A stretch of DNA of 64,000 bases from Zygnema circumcarinatum SAG 698-1b (taxonomy: Eukaryota > Plantae > Zygnematophyceae). The position numbers were made by a program, and so were the translations under genes. The stretch covers positions 1,139,492 to 1,203,491 of the forward strand of contig CM074822.1 of assembly GCA_037447605.1 (NCBI GenBank), in the 5' to 3' direction. Numbering within the stretch: the stretch's first letter is position 1; each line of letters opens with the position of its first letter. This document shows positions 43,723-56,850 of the stretch, in pieces. Below the pieces are notes generated by a model. The model saw only the letters and a program-made list of their open reading frames with translations. It made no database searches and was not told where the DNA came from.

Positions 43723-44339
43723 GGCTGCTGAGGGAGGTTGAGAGGGTGGGAGTGAGAGAGAGAGGGAATGTGTGGAGTGAGAAGAGGGAGCGGGAGTGCT
43801 TTTCTCGACGAGGGGCTACTGGCTGGGGGCCGGGCAGGAAGGAGAAATTTTTGGGTCCGGGCAGGCCGGGACGGATAAGGGGCGAGTTCCTATTGGTGAG
43901 AGGGTTTATTTTTTTGTGACAGCCGACTAATGGGAACAAGCCACGTAATCCAAATGGATAGAAATTGTACACGTGACGAGCGCCCATTCGTTGAATTTCT
44001 GAACAGTACCTTGAAATGGAGAGACGGCCCAAAAGTGAGGCGAATTCTTGTCGCCTCCAGATTGCGACAAACGTGCGACCAATGTCACATAGTGCGACTT
44101 CATGCGACTTTCATGCGACGTCCCACATGCGATCTAGAACGGCATATCCGACCCGGGGCCTGATTGGCTGTCCTCCCGCAAAACGTGGAGGAGAGATAAG
44201 CGCCACGTCGCCCCACACGTGTAAAATTCCACGTGGCAACAAGTGTGTGGATCCACGTGACAATCTGACAGTGCTTAGCGTACGTGTGGCGCTGCTGGAT
44301 TGGAGGCTTGGCGTTCGTACGGTACGGCATTGGAAAGGT

Positions 44340-45570
44340 CGCAACCATTGGTGCACGAACCACCCAACGATTGGCAAAGGTTCTCAACCAATTGGATTCA
44401 ATGCTCGCCAACCATTGCAGACGGACCGAAAACAACCATTGCCCACAGTATATACAGTATGAAGGCAACCATTGGTACGTGACCTGGCCAACGATTGGCA
44501 ATGGTTCCCAACCGACTGGATTCAATGCTCGCCAACCATTGCAGTCGGACCGAAACAACCATTGCCCACGGTATACAGTATGAAGGCAACCATTGGTACG
44601 TGACCTGGCCAACGATTGGCAATGGTTCCCAACCGACTGGATTCAATGCTCGCCAACCATTGCAGTCGGACCGAAACAACCATTGCCCACGGTATACAGT
44701 ATGAAGGCAACCATTGGTACGTGACCTGGCCAACGATTGGCAATGGTTCCCAACCGACTGGATTCAATGCTCGCCAACCATTGCAGACGGACCGAAAACA
44801 ACCATTGCCCACAGTATATACAGTATGAAGGCAACCATTGGTACGTGACCTGGCCAACGATTGGCAATGGTTCCCAACCGACTGGATTCAATGCTCGCCA
44901 ACCATTGCAGTCGGACCGAAACAACCATTGCCCACGGTATACAGTATATGGTTGCAACCATTGGATGGCAATGGTTGGCGACCATCGGATGGCAATGGTT
45001 GGCGACCATCGGATGGCAATGGTTGGCGACCATCGGATGGCAATGGTTGGCGACCATTGGATGGCAATGGTTGGCGACCATTGGATGGCAATGGTTGGCG
45101 ACCATTGGATGGCAATGGTTGGCGACCATTGGATGGCAATGGTTGGCGACCATTGGATGGCAATGGTTGGCGACCATTGGATGGCAATGGTTGGCGACCA
45201 TTGGATGGCAATGGTTGGCGACCATTGGATGGCAATGGTTGGCGACCATTGGATGGCAATGGTTGGCGACCATTGGATGGCAATGGTTGGCGACCATTGG
45301 ATGGCAATGGTTGGCGACCATTGGATGGCAATGGTTGGCGACCATTGGATGGCAATGGTTGGCGACCATTGGATGGCAATGGTTGGCGACCATTGGATGG
45401 CAATGGTTGGCAAGCATTGCCAATGATTGCCAAGCATTGCCAATGATTGCCAAGCATTGCCAGTGGTTGGCTGGGTCGCGAATCGATGGTTCGCAATCAT
45501 TGCCAATGATTGCCAAGCATTGCCAGTGGTTGGCTGGGTCGCGAATCGATGGTTCGCAATCATTGCCAAT
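44340..45570. repeat. Compound minisatellite: ~5 x 121-124 bp, then ~19 x 24 bp, then 20-bp and 63-bp repeats
   Basis: ATGCTCGCC unit starts at 44401, 44525, 44646, 44767, 44891. The 24-mer ATGGCAATGGTTGGCGACCATTGG spans ~44965-45410. Confidence 0.95.
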
Positions 45571-46092
45571 GGTTGATCCAACGCTTCGACATTTGCGTGT
45601 GAAAAACCAAACCTTCATCGTTTTGTTGGCGACAAAACTTAACAATTCCTGACCGTTGGATTTCCAATTGCCAGGTGGACCTGGACACGCCACGTGTCTT
45701 GTGAACGGGTGACCACGCAATTCTATGCCAGCTAATTTTCGTTAACATAGAAACCTCGTAGAAACCTTACGTGGTGCCACACTGCAAGTTGACCGTTGGA
45801 TCGATTGAGTACAGTACCGGTAACGGCCAGCGAGATTAGAGGTGACGTCACATAGAAAAACTACATGACGTCGATGACATCACACCCTTTCTCTCAGTTT
45901 TGAGTTTCCAGCAGCCTGCGCAGTGCAGAGGAGGCATCAGGACGACTATCATTTTTAGGGTTGCCTCAAAACCCTAAACCCTTCACTCTAACCCGAAATA
46001 CTAAACCCTAATCTACTTCTTCCCTCCCTCCCCTCCCTCCCTCCCTCAGGCAGGCAGGCTTCCAAACAAACCTCTCCCCCCTGCAAACCCTA

Positions 46093-47549
46093 ATGGAGGA
46101 CTTCCCCGAAGAGCTCCTTGTACGCATCGTCGCAACCGACGGATGGCGTCCTTCTCTCATCGCCTCCATAGCCTCCATCTCCCGCCGCTTCTGCGCCTTC
46201 GCCTCCTCCCACCTCTGGCCCGGCCTCTGCCTGCACCGCTCGGACGACATGGTGCAGGCCTTTGGGGGCCCGCTGGGAGGAGGGCCGCCGGGCGGATGGA
46301 TCACCACGGCGCGCCTGCTTTCCACCTGTCCGGGCACCCGCCACGGAGACGGTTATGATAGGGTAAGCCTGCTTTTGCGACATGGCCAGCATTTGAATAT
46401 TTCTGCGACTTGTTGGACCGTATGTGACGACGAGGAGGAGGAGGAGGAGAAGGAGGAGAAGGAGGGGAAGGAGGGGAAGGCTGCTGGCGATGGGATTGAT
46501 ACAGTGTACGTGATGGTTGACATCTATTTTCCGAATGGGCAACAAGGGCGGATTTTCAGAGGACTCATCCAAGATTTCGACAGTTCCAGGTACTTGATGA
46601 TTCTTACGGGTGGTTTTGTAAAGCTTTTGGGCAAATCCCGTATGCTGAAAACCAACGGTTTATAATCGTTTTTTAACATTAATACGTATGCACAAACAAA
46701 ATTTTGATAGATCTTACGAGTGTGTGCTCATCCGCAGCTAGTGACTGTTTTCCATGTGACTGTTACCTCTATACCCTTTTGTAGGCTGCATGCGAATTTG
46801 AGTTATGGGCACACCTTTGCAAAAATATCAATCATGACGCAGATTGTATGTACTCAATTGCGAATTCGGTCTGAAATTTTAAAAATTTGCTTTGCATTTG
46901 CATTGCAGAATTCGGACGAAGCTCCTCGAAACTTCGTTGAGCAGCTTGCAATTAGGACCTTCTCCGCCCGCAGCCAATCTTGAACCTCCCATCGGAGAAG
47001 TGTGCTTTTTCTGCAATTCAACGGTGAAGCACGCATCTCACTTTCCTTTTTGAGATCATTGCTTCCTCTAGGTACAGGGCTGCAGCAAAGAGGATAACAA
47101 GAAGAAGAAACCTTGATAAGAGAAATTGTAGTTTGCAATTGTTCGTACTGAGAGATAATACTTTTAGTGATGCATGCGCAATTTTTGGTTTTCAGATCTG
47201 GAACGCTAATGAAGTGACGGAGGCCTTTGTCAAGGAAACATTCCTGCTCTCTGCAGTATTAGTCTGTGAAGGATTCGTTTGTTCTAAGGTATGTTCCTAT
47301 ATAGTGTATATATACACTGTAGTTGTCGTCCTCTCCGATTGTAGCTTTCATGAAAGTATGTATTGACCTGAAGCGACTTCTGAAACCTATTCTGCGTTTG
47401 TGGGTAATGAAATTGTTAGCGAAAAGCTTTGACTTTGAATTTTTTTGTTGCTGGGTTCATGATGGCAGGGACATTTCTATGGCGCATTTGTGGAACCACG
47501 AGAAAACTCCTTCGATTTTGATGACGCCGAGATTGACTTCGATTTTTGA
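46093..47549 (+). CDS. EDL: EID1-like F-box protein; exons 46093-46589, 46909-47023, 47196-47288, 47469-47549
   Basis: F-box DFPEELLVRIV...ASISRRFCAFASSHLWPGLC, PGGWITTARLL, GRIFRGLIQDF, CFFC.STIWN, FVCSKGHFYG match the recalled EID1-like pattern. Phases consistent. Confidence 0.85.
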
Positions 47550-48811
47550 ACCTCCTGCATGAAGCAGTTTGGCTGTTACAACTTTGGCGAGAGAGGGAGA
47601 GAGAGAGTGAGAGGGAGAGGGAGAGAAGGGGGGGTGAGGAGGGAAAGGGGACGGGGATTACGGAGAGAGGGGGGAAAAGGGGGGCGAGAGGGGGAGAGAA
47701 GGAGAGTCAGGAGAGAGCGAGAGAGAGGGGGGGGGAGGAGGGAGAGGGGAGGGGGAACGGGGGGCGGAGGAGAGAGAAGGGGAGAGAGGGAGAGAGAAAA
47801 AAGTGAGAGCGAGAGAGAGATGGGGGGGAGGAGCGAGTGGGGAGGTGGACGGAGGGGAAGGAGGGGGGAGAGGGGGAGTGAGGGAGAGAGAGAGAAAGAG
47901 AGAGCGAGCGAGAGAGAGGGGGAAGGGAAATGGAAGGGGGGAGGAGGGGGAGGGGGGGAGAGAGAGAGGAGAACGGTAAGAAAGGCACATTTGGACCCGA
48001 ATTACAAGAATTACAAACGTTAGCGTGTGCTCATCAAATTCCCTTTGCTAACGTCAGCCCTAATCTCTACGCCGATCCATGCACAAGCAAGCAGATGCAT
48101 GCCACGTGGCCCACACGAGTGGCGCATGGGATGGATGCCAATCTGACGGCTCAGATTAACTCTGGAACCGTGGCTGCTGATCCATGCTCGCTTCAAAAAA
48201 GTTGTGAACAGAAACGGAGAAGAACAGAGACAAAGAAATGGGGGAGGAGACAGTATTAATAAGGACGATGATGAGGGATACACAACAAGTGCAGTAATGA
48301 GAGAGAGACAGAGAGCAGGAAAAAAGAGGGAGGGAGGCAGGGTGTGAGGGACAGAGAGAGACAGAGGGAGAGAAAGAGAGACAGAAAGAGAAAGAGGAAG
48401 AGAGAGGGAGAGGACAAAACGAGAGAGAGTGTGTTATTGAGTGCAAGCACTTGATAGAGATTCTTGATGTCTTGCTAAATGTCGGTTTACACCTTAAGAA
48501 AACCCTAAAAAATGACCTAAACATCTTGCCAAGCTCAGAAAAGTTGAAGTTTGGTTCAACCCTTCGTCCCTGTGAAGGGCACGAAATCTCCAACCAGTCG
48601 TCAAAGAGACCAAGTGTCGCCCTTTGTGAGAGTGGAAGCACTTTAATCTCAACCGTTGAAATGGAAATGGCATTGATCTCATGATGGCGATGATGCCATC
48701 AAATGTCTATGGCCAGCATCAGCATCATGGGGAACCACGAGGAACAACTGGGCGCAAAGGACGTAAGGAAAAAAAGAAAATTGAAACCACGAGCGATGGC
48801 TCCTTTCAATA

Positions 48812-49003
48812 CAGTAGACCCCCCCAATATTTTCGCCCCTCTTATTTTCGCTCCCCAATATTTTCGCCCTGAATTTGCCAAAACCACTTTTTAATATAAT
48901 ACTGCCCGCCCATTGTTAACACGCACCCTTATATTTTCGCTACCCAATATTTTCGCCCAATATTTGCCGAAACCATGGCGAAAATATTGGGGGGGGTCTA
49001 CTG
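48812..49003. mobile_element. Tc1/mariner (pogo-like) MITE, 192 bp, with TA target duplication
   Basis: TA|CAGTAGACCCCCCAATATTTTCGCC ... GGCGAAAATATTGGGGGGGGTCTACTG|TA. Related pieces at 20409-20510 and ~20015-20062. Confidence 0.88.
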
Positions 49004-49493
49004 TAGGGCTTTGCTCAGCCCGTACGCCGTTTGGGCGGTTATGGGTGACGAGGACATGTGACGCACAAAACGACAAAACATTTTCCACCCTGCACTTGAC
49101 TTACAGTTCTAGAAACGGAAGATATTTTCTGGTCATAATTGCTGATGACTATTCGTTGTCCTCTAGTGCATGACTCTCGCTATTTGACCTGAGTACAGCC
49201 TGCGCGGATGAGAGTGAGAGAGAGAGAGTGAGAGAGGCAGAGAGAGAGGGAAAGCGCGAAAGAGAGAGGAAGACAGAGGGAGAGAGGCAGAGAGAGAGAG
49301 CGAGGCAGAGAGAGATAGAGAGGCAGAGACAGGGGCAGAGAGAGAGAGAGAGAGGGGGGGAAACCTCATTCTCTCATTCCATTCCCATTTTGTCGTTTTC
49401 CTTTTGCCTTCTTCTCTTTCAGTGTTTGCCCCATTCCGCAAACGACAATTCTGCCGTCGTCTCCCTTTTTGTCGTTTTGCGCCCTCCCGCCCA

Positions 49494-50271
49494 ATGAGGC
49501 GCGAGGACGTCGTGACCCGCGACGCGCTCGCGACCTCCTTCGGCGACCTCGAGGAGGAGGGCGCCGCGCCCCTCCTCCCCAAGAGGGCCCCGCCGCCCTC
49601 CGGTATGCATGTGTGCTTCTGCAGGCATGCATGCATGCATGCATGTATGTATGCATGTGCGTATGTATGTGTGTATGCATGCATGAAGGTATGTGCGTAT
49701 TGCATGTGTGTATGTATGTATGTGCTGCGCATGCACGCAAGGCATGGCATGGCATGGCATGGCAGGGCAGGGCAGGGCATGGCATGCATGGCATTGTAGG
49801 GCATGGCAGGGTATGGCATGGCATGGCATTGTAGGGCATGGCAGGGCATGGCATGGCATGGCATTGTAGGGCATGGCAGGGTATGGCATGGCATGGCATT
49901 GTAGGGCATGGCAGGGCATGGCATGGCATGGCATTGTAGGGCATGGCAGGGCATGGCATGGCATGGCATTGTAGGGCATGGCAGGGCATGGCATGGCATG
50001 GCATGCATGGCATTGTAGGGCATGGAAGGGCATGGCATGGCATGCATGCCGCATTTCTTATTCCCTAATTCTGGTTTCTAGGAGGAAAACAAATACTTAA
50101 ACCCTAAACCCTTAAAAACCTAAAACCCTAATTATGGGAAATCAAAACCCTAAAAATCCTAAAAATCCGAAACAAAACAAAGCAAAAACAAACCCCAAAA
50201 CCGCTGACGTCGATTTTTTTGGAGAAGACAGTAACCTCTGCTTGCTCGCTTAGACGTCTCTCACTTTCTCC

Positions 50272-50304
<33 letters not shown>

Positions 50305-52225
50305 TTTTCTCACTCTCTCTTCACTTTTCCCACACACACTTCTCCCCCACTCCTGCTCCCTCTCTTTCCTCTTCCCTCCCACTCACACCCCTCTCATCTC
50401 TTCCCTCTCTTCCCCGTCTCTCCTCCCCCCCTGCTCTCTCCCTTCGTTACTCCCTCCCTCTCCCTCTCCTCTCCATCTCGTCCCACACTCCTCCCCCTCT
50501 CTCTCTCTCTCTCCCTCCGCCCGCTCTCCTTCCCCCCCACCCTTTCCTTCCCTTCTCTCTCTCCCCTCTCTCTCTCTCCCTCCTTCGCCCGCTCTCCTTC
50601 CCCCCCACCCTTTCCTTCCCTTCTCTCTCTCCCCTCTCTCTCTCTCCCTCCTTCGCCCGCTCTCCTTCCCCCCCACCCTTCCCTTCCCTTCTCTCTCTCC
50701 CCCCCTTTCTCTGTCTCCCTCCTTCCGCTCTCCCCCCCACCATCTCCTTCCCTTCACTCTCTCCCCCCCTCTCTCTGTCCCCCTCCTCCCACTCTCCTTC
50801 CCCCCCACCCTCTCCCTCCCTTCTCTCTCCCTCATCCTCTCCCTCTCCCCCCTCTCCCTCCCCTTGCTGTCCTCCCTCTGCAGCCCATCTCTCTCCCTCC
50901 AAGACGTTCAAAGCGCGGCTTGCACATGTTGAGGGAGCCCTTTCCCGAGCAACAAGGAGTGGGACAGATAGAAAAAAAGAACTCTATTTAAGGCTCAGCA
51001 GGGAGGAGTTGCAGGACCTTTATGAATCACCGGAATTTTCTAAGTGTAAAGCTTTTGAACTTTTGGATAAAATCCACTTTGTAAGATCCACTATACACCT
51101 CTTATATATGCCTTAATCTTCCCCCTTTTTTGCCTCTCTTGTTGGGTTACAGCAGCAAGTGTATGGTAGTTTTGATCAGATTGTCGATTGAATCGATTCA
51201 AGTTCACGTTTTTATGTTAGATTTCGGTTGCAGGTAGCTCCTCCTCTTATAAAGTACAATGTTTCCACCCCCATCGCAACCCTATTTCGGTTCAAAAGTA
51301 CAGGGGTTGACCTCGTCCTTCAACGTCCCGATTTTTGGATACTTTTGGGTATCCATGTCGCAATTTCCTTGTCGTATTTTTCCGCTGGCCATTCCGCATC
51401 TAACGGCATCGCAACAGCTGAAAATTGGCCAAAGGTTTTGTTCCTCTCCCTCCCCCTCCCCCTCCCTCCCTCCCACTCTCCCTTTACCCCCTCCCCCCTC
51501 CCACCCTCCGTTTCCCCCCTCCCTCCCACCCTCCCTTTACCCCCTCCCCCCTCCCNNNNNNNNNNTTCCCCTTCCCCCTCCCCCTCCCCCTGCCCACCGT
51601 CTCTCACTTTCCACTTTTCCAACGCATTTCCATGATTGCGTTGTTTCTGTTAACCCCAAAACCCTAAAAACCCTAAAAACCCTAAAACCACTAAAAACAC
51701 TAAAAACACTAAAAACCCTAAAACCACTAAAAACACTAAAAACCCTAAAACAACAACAAACAACAAACAAACAAACAAACAAATTTACGCACATTGCTTA
51801 CATATACAAACATGCAATGTTGGGGGGGGGGGGGGAGCAGTTTGGTACAAGCCTTGTTGCTATTCCGGGCGGTCTTCTCACCTTTGTTCTCGTTTTTTAT
51901 TTGAACCAAACATTCACTCGCTATCTCACACAAGGGTCGCATGTTTTCAACACTGCCGGTCTACTTAGCGACTTTGTGATGATGCTTAGAGTTCATCTTG
52001 GAGACCATCTCTTTAAAAAATCTATAATTGTACGACACCAACTTTGTAAACTTGCAATTGCTCTCCATTTTCTCGCCTACGCGAGTCTACCACAGAATCA
52101 ATCCGTCAATGTGAATGAGTGGGCGTGGTTTTACCTCAAACAGCAGAAGCTGCTCAAGGAAGCGCAGGTAATAGGGGCTCTTAGAATGGTGGGAAAAGGA
52201 GGGAGAATGGAAAAGGGAGAGAGTG

Positions 52226-52256
<31 letters not shown>

Positions 52257-53844
52257 GAAAATAGGAGAGGGAAGGGAGAGTGCGAGAGATTCCCCCCCTC
52301 CCCGCCCTCCTCACAGCCACCCTCTCCCCTCCCACCTCCCTCCCTCCCCTCCTCCCATTTCCCCCCCCCCCCCCCCCTTCTTCCACTTCTCAATTCCCCC
52401 CTCCCTCTCCCTCGTCACTTCGTCTCCTTCCACCCCACTTCCCCCTTCTCTCCCACACCTTCACTCCCTCCTCACCCCCTCTCCCCCCCCCTCACCCCTC
52501 CCCCCTCCCTCCCTCCTCTCCCTCGTCACTTCCTCTCCTTCCACCCCCCTTCCCCCTTCTCTCCCACACCTTCACTCCCCACTTCACTCCCCACCTCACT
52601 CCCCCTCCCCCTCCCACCTTCTCCCTCCCTCCCCCCTCCCCCCTCCCTCCTCTCCCTCGTCACTTCCTCTCCTTCCACCCCCCTTCCCCCTTCTCTCCCA
52701 CACCTTCACTCCCCACCTCACTCCCCCTCCCCCTCCCACCTTCTCCCTCCCTCCCCCCTCCCCCCTCCCTCCCTCACTCTCCCCCGTCCCTTTCCCTCCC
52801 TCCCTCCCTCCCTCCCTCCCTCCCTCCCTCCCCCCCCTCCTTCAGGTGGAGGAGCTCCGCCCCCTCCAGGCCATGGGGTGCGGCAACCTCGTGTACAAGG
52901 AGATTCTGATGTGGCTCGACCGCGGCGTGTGGGCCCAGCACTCGCGCGGGCACATCGATGTGGAGGTAGCGAACCTCTTCAGCGCGAAACTCCTCCAAGT
53001 GCGCGCGCACCTCGACGTGCTCTACACCTTTGTGGACGGGACCGTGTGAGTGCTACGGCCGCCGGCGGAAGGAGCGGCACATGCACATGCATGCATGCAT
53101 GCATACACGCCTCCTTCCTTCACATGCATACATGGATGCCCCCTTCCTTCACATGCATGCATGTATGCATGCCCCCTTCCTTCACATTCATGCATGTATG
53201 CATGTATGCATGCCCCCTTCCTTCACATGCATGCATGCATGCATGCCCCCTTCCTTCACATTCATGCATGTATGCATGTATGCATGCCCCCTTCCTTCAC
53301 ATACATGCATGCATGCATGCCCCCTTCCTTCACATGTATGCATGCCCCCTTCCTCCACATCTATGCATGCCCCCTTCCTTCCCATGCATGCATGCATGCA
53401 TGCATGTATGCATGCCTCCTTCCTTCACATGCACGCATGCATGCATGTATGCATGCCCCCTTCCTTCACATGCATGCATGTATGCATGCCCCCTTCCTTC
53501 CCATGCATGCATGCATGCATGTAATTCACATGTATGATTGGCTTGAACAAGAAGAGCAGATTAAGAGCAGTTCAGATTAAGAGTTCAGATTCTGAGGTTT
53601 GTTCTGGGCATTTTCAAGCTTGTCTGATTGTCTGCTTTCCGGAAAAAAGACCTAATGACTACGGGGAATTCCTTTTCTTGTGCAGGCCATTCGCTTATTT
53701 TCATCTTTTGAATTTCATAATTATGCTTTATTTGTTACTTCTCGCTTACGCTTTCGCATTCTTGTCGCCCTATTGGTCGATTCCCGTCTTCACTCTCATC
53801 CTCATCGGCCTTCTCGGCATCCGTGAAATTGGAAATAACTTAAG
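49494..53844 (+). CDS. Bestrophin-family anion channel, 3' end not found; exons 49494-49602, 50884-51080, 51234-51434, 51841-52167, 52846-53045, 53686-53844
   Basis: GGLLTFVLVFYLNQTFTRY, VPFAYFHLLNFIIMLYLLLLAY and IGLLGIREIGNNL are bestrophin-like. Junction phases are consistent. The expected DPFG exon was not found (N gap at 54059-54068). The first two exons are less certain. Confidence 0.78.
49741..50048. repeat. (GCATG)n-derived satellite with a 35-bp higher-order period
   Basis: GCATTGTAGG recurs at 49791, 49826, 49861, 49896, 49931, 49966; lies in bestrophin intron 1. Confidence 0.9.
53080..53525. repeat. (ATGC)n + CCCCTTCCTTCAC minisatellite in a bestrophin intron
   Basis: About a dozen variable-length units. 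Confidence 0.9.
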
Positions 53845-55136
53845 GTTAGTTCCTTTCATTCCAACGAACTGCTAAACCATCCTGTAAAGTCAAAACGTCC
53901 TCCAGACTTCGTGTAAAGTAAACTTGAACTTCGGACGCGTTGTAAAGTTTAATAACACTTCAATCGCACTTCTGACACTGTAAAGTCATATCACCATTAA
54001 AATCCCTGTAAGCTCCCTGTCAAATCACTACTCTTAACACCAAATCCCCCTCCCCCTCNNNNNNNNNNAGTGGGGAGGGGAGGGGAGGGGAGAGGGGGGG
54101 GTGGGAGGAGGTAGGTAGGGACGGGGAGGTAGAGGGAACGGAGATGGATGGAAGGGGAGGCGGGGAGAGGGAGGGAGTAATGAGAGGAGGGGAGCAGAGG
54201 GTAGGAGGGAGGTATTGAGATGGAGAGGAGGGAAGAGGGTGGGACGAAGGGAGGGAGGAAAGGAGGGAGGTATGGTGGGAGGGAGGGAGGGAGGGAGGGA
54301 GAGAGTTAGGGCGAACGATGGTTATGGAGGGTGGCAGGAGGGAGGAAATGCCGTGTGAAATGTTGCAGGCTACTTCATCATGCTTTTGCCAATTTCAGGT
54401 AACTTTGCGATGATAAATATGCTATGCTTTATTCTTCTTATTTTTCTGAATTGTTCAGAAAGCCCCTTGTCATTCAAAAAAAAAATTGGGAGTTGAACTT
54501 TGACATGATGTTTCACGCGTGGCCTTTTTTAATGGAGTTTTTCCATATCAAGTTGGTGGGTTTTTCTCCAAAATCAGTTGCATATCATCTGAACCCTAAA
54601 ATTTCTGGAGTCATGCAAGTCGAGTCAGACCACCGGACATCGATCACAGACCTCTCTCCCTCTGCCTCTCCCTCCCTCCCCTTCCCCCTCCCCCCTCTCT
54701 CTCTCTCTCTCTCTCGCTCTCCAATCACTCTCTCCCTCTCATTCTCCCTCTTTCGCTTTCGGTCACCCATGTAATTGCTTCAAGTGGAGCGCAGAGTGTC
54801 CATTTGAGCCATCCACCATTAAAGAACACAATGACATATTAAACACATGCAGCCTCTCTTCACAAAAAAAACGTAGAAGAAAAAAGAGAAGGGCGACGAT
54901 TCCGAATCTTTCCAAAGTCTTGGAACCATTCCAACGATCAACTTCGCTCTCGTCTCTTTACTGCAGAGTCGCAAGTCTCGATCACAGACTAAAAAACATG
55001 TACAATCAATATCTGCTTAAGATAAGATTCTGCCGTATCTTGCCAGAGACTGCATTGCCTGTTCCCTTCTCTATTGCAAACTGAACTGTGAATAAATTGA
55101 AGCGTATGAACAAGGAAAAGCATTTAGCTTCTGAAG

Positions 55137-56095
55137 CTATTCAGTGTAATCTGCAAGCACAGGATGGCTCTCCCATTCAGGATCATCAGCTGCAAGCAAA
55201 TCGATGTACTTCTGCATCGCCTCCTCCTTTGCCATGCCCTTCAGCTTGTTCCAAGCATCCCACTTTGCTCTGGCTTCCATCTGCAGGAAGAGAGGCTGCG
55301 AGAGAGAATGGTACGAAGGAAGCAAGAAAAGGAGTTTAGATTCAAGCACACGATTCATTGTGAAGGGAAGGGTGGAAATAAGGAAGCAATGAAAGATGCT
55401 GGCTGAGAATTAGGGCTATGATTCCGCAGTTCGGAGAGCCAAAAATTAAGGAGAAGAGATTAATTGGGCTCGTCGGTCGAAGAGAGTGATAAGGGATCTC
55501 TCTCTCCCTCTCTCTCTCTCTCTTTCCCCCTCCTTCCCCCCCTCTCCCCCTCTTCTTCCAGTTTCCCTCCCCATTCTTCCTACCACTCCCCCTCCCCCTC
55601 CCCCCTTCCCCTTCTCCCTCTCTTCCTCCGAGACGACGACCGAGAGCACAAGAGAGTGAGAAATGTGAATGAGGAGAGCGAGAGATGCAGAGAAACAGAC
55701 AAATGGAAAATATTTAAATAGAAATATCGCAAAAGAATCGCAGAAGCAAAAGAGAAAGAACGAAAGAGAGCCCAAAGAAGATGGAAGTATGCATTCAAAC
55801 CATGACATGGAAAAGGAAAAAGCGTGCTCAGTCTCAATGCAATGAAGGCACCATCCATGCAAGAGCAACAGAAAGCAAAAGATATCAAGTAACTGAAAAT
55901 GGAACCGCCAACCACAAACTGAATATAAGAAACTGAATGGCTCAGAAATGATACCTGCGATCCCTTCACATCTCCCTCCGTCGCCTGCTTGAAGAAGGAG
56001 TAGTACTTGAGCTTCACATCATTGCTGGTGTTCTTGGTGGGAGGACCATTCTTGATGAGGTAAGCAGCCTTCTTGAACCGCGCTTCGACCGACAT
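55137..56095 (-). CDS. ACBP: Small acyl-CoA-binding protein; exons 56095-55955, 55295-55137 (99 aa)
   Basis: MSVEARFKKAA...KLKYYSFFKQATEGDVKGSQ|PLFLQMEARAKWDAWNKLKGMAKEEAMQKYIDLL. Phase 0. Confidence 0.95.
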
Positions 56096-56629
56096 GGCTC
56101 CTCCGAAATGCAGCTGAAAAAAAAACTCAAAATTTGATGCTTCCTTTGTCCTGCACTCCCTTACAATGCACAAAAAAAAATAAAACAGAATAAAAAGTAA
56201 GAGAAGAGGGAGATGAGGATATGGAGCAGGCTTTGCAGGGCTTCGTCAAACTTCAAACGTTTCGCGCTGCAGGCGTGGTTTCCAAAATACGTACTTTTAA
56301 ATTTGTACTTAATATGACAATTTCATGATATCGTGTACGTGTTCCGAATTTTGCCAAAGTGCTACAGTTCGTTTCCAGGCCCATTTCAACACCTGGAAGT
56401 TGACCACTGGCATCACGCCACGTGTAATTGCTTAAACGTGGCGTGCGCCCATTGGTCAAATAATTTCATACGGTCGCCACGTAGGACAGCCCACAGCGGT
56501 CGCTTTCAGGAAGTTGCAAATTAGGGTTCGATCCGAAACTGCGGCACGTGCTGCCTTACGGACCTGAACAGGAACGCGATTGCGTTACCAAACACAGAAA
56601 TAGAAATTGTCGGAATCGACAAATGCCGA

Positions 56630-56850
56630 GGGATCCTCCTGACCGTTGGATGTTGCACATGCGGGAAAGGGAGAATCCTGACCGTTGGATTCCAGACGTA
56701 TGAAGGTGAATCCTGACCGTTGGACATTGGACGTGTAAATCATGGAGGAATCCTGACCGTTGATTCTGTAGGTGTGGAGAGAGGGAAAATCCTGACTGTT
56801 GGATGCCGCACGCGCGGGGGAAAAATCCTGACCGTTGGATGTTGCACGTT
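56630..56850. repeat. Six degenerate ~36-40 bp repeats with core TCCTGACCGTTGGA
   Basis: Core at ~56637, 56676, 56711, 56751, 56789, 56826, between the ACBP start and the RRP45 end. Confidence 0.85.

Noticed and set aside
44340-44945. CRISPR-like appearance of the 121-124 bp array
   Set aside because: Units are repeated in full with no unique spacers; eukaryotic context and no cas genes.
44643-45720. Repeat-protein ORFs (MAMVGDHW)n, (WQWLATIG)n etc.
   Set aside because: A 24-bp unit that happens to be stop-free in all six frames; no flanking coding context.
49163-50054. Cys/His/Met-rich ORFs resembling metal-binding proteins (also 52878-53580)
   Set aside because: Translations of GCATG/ATGC satellites within bestrophin introns.
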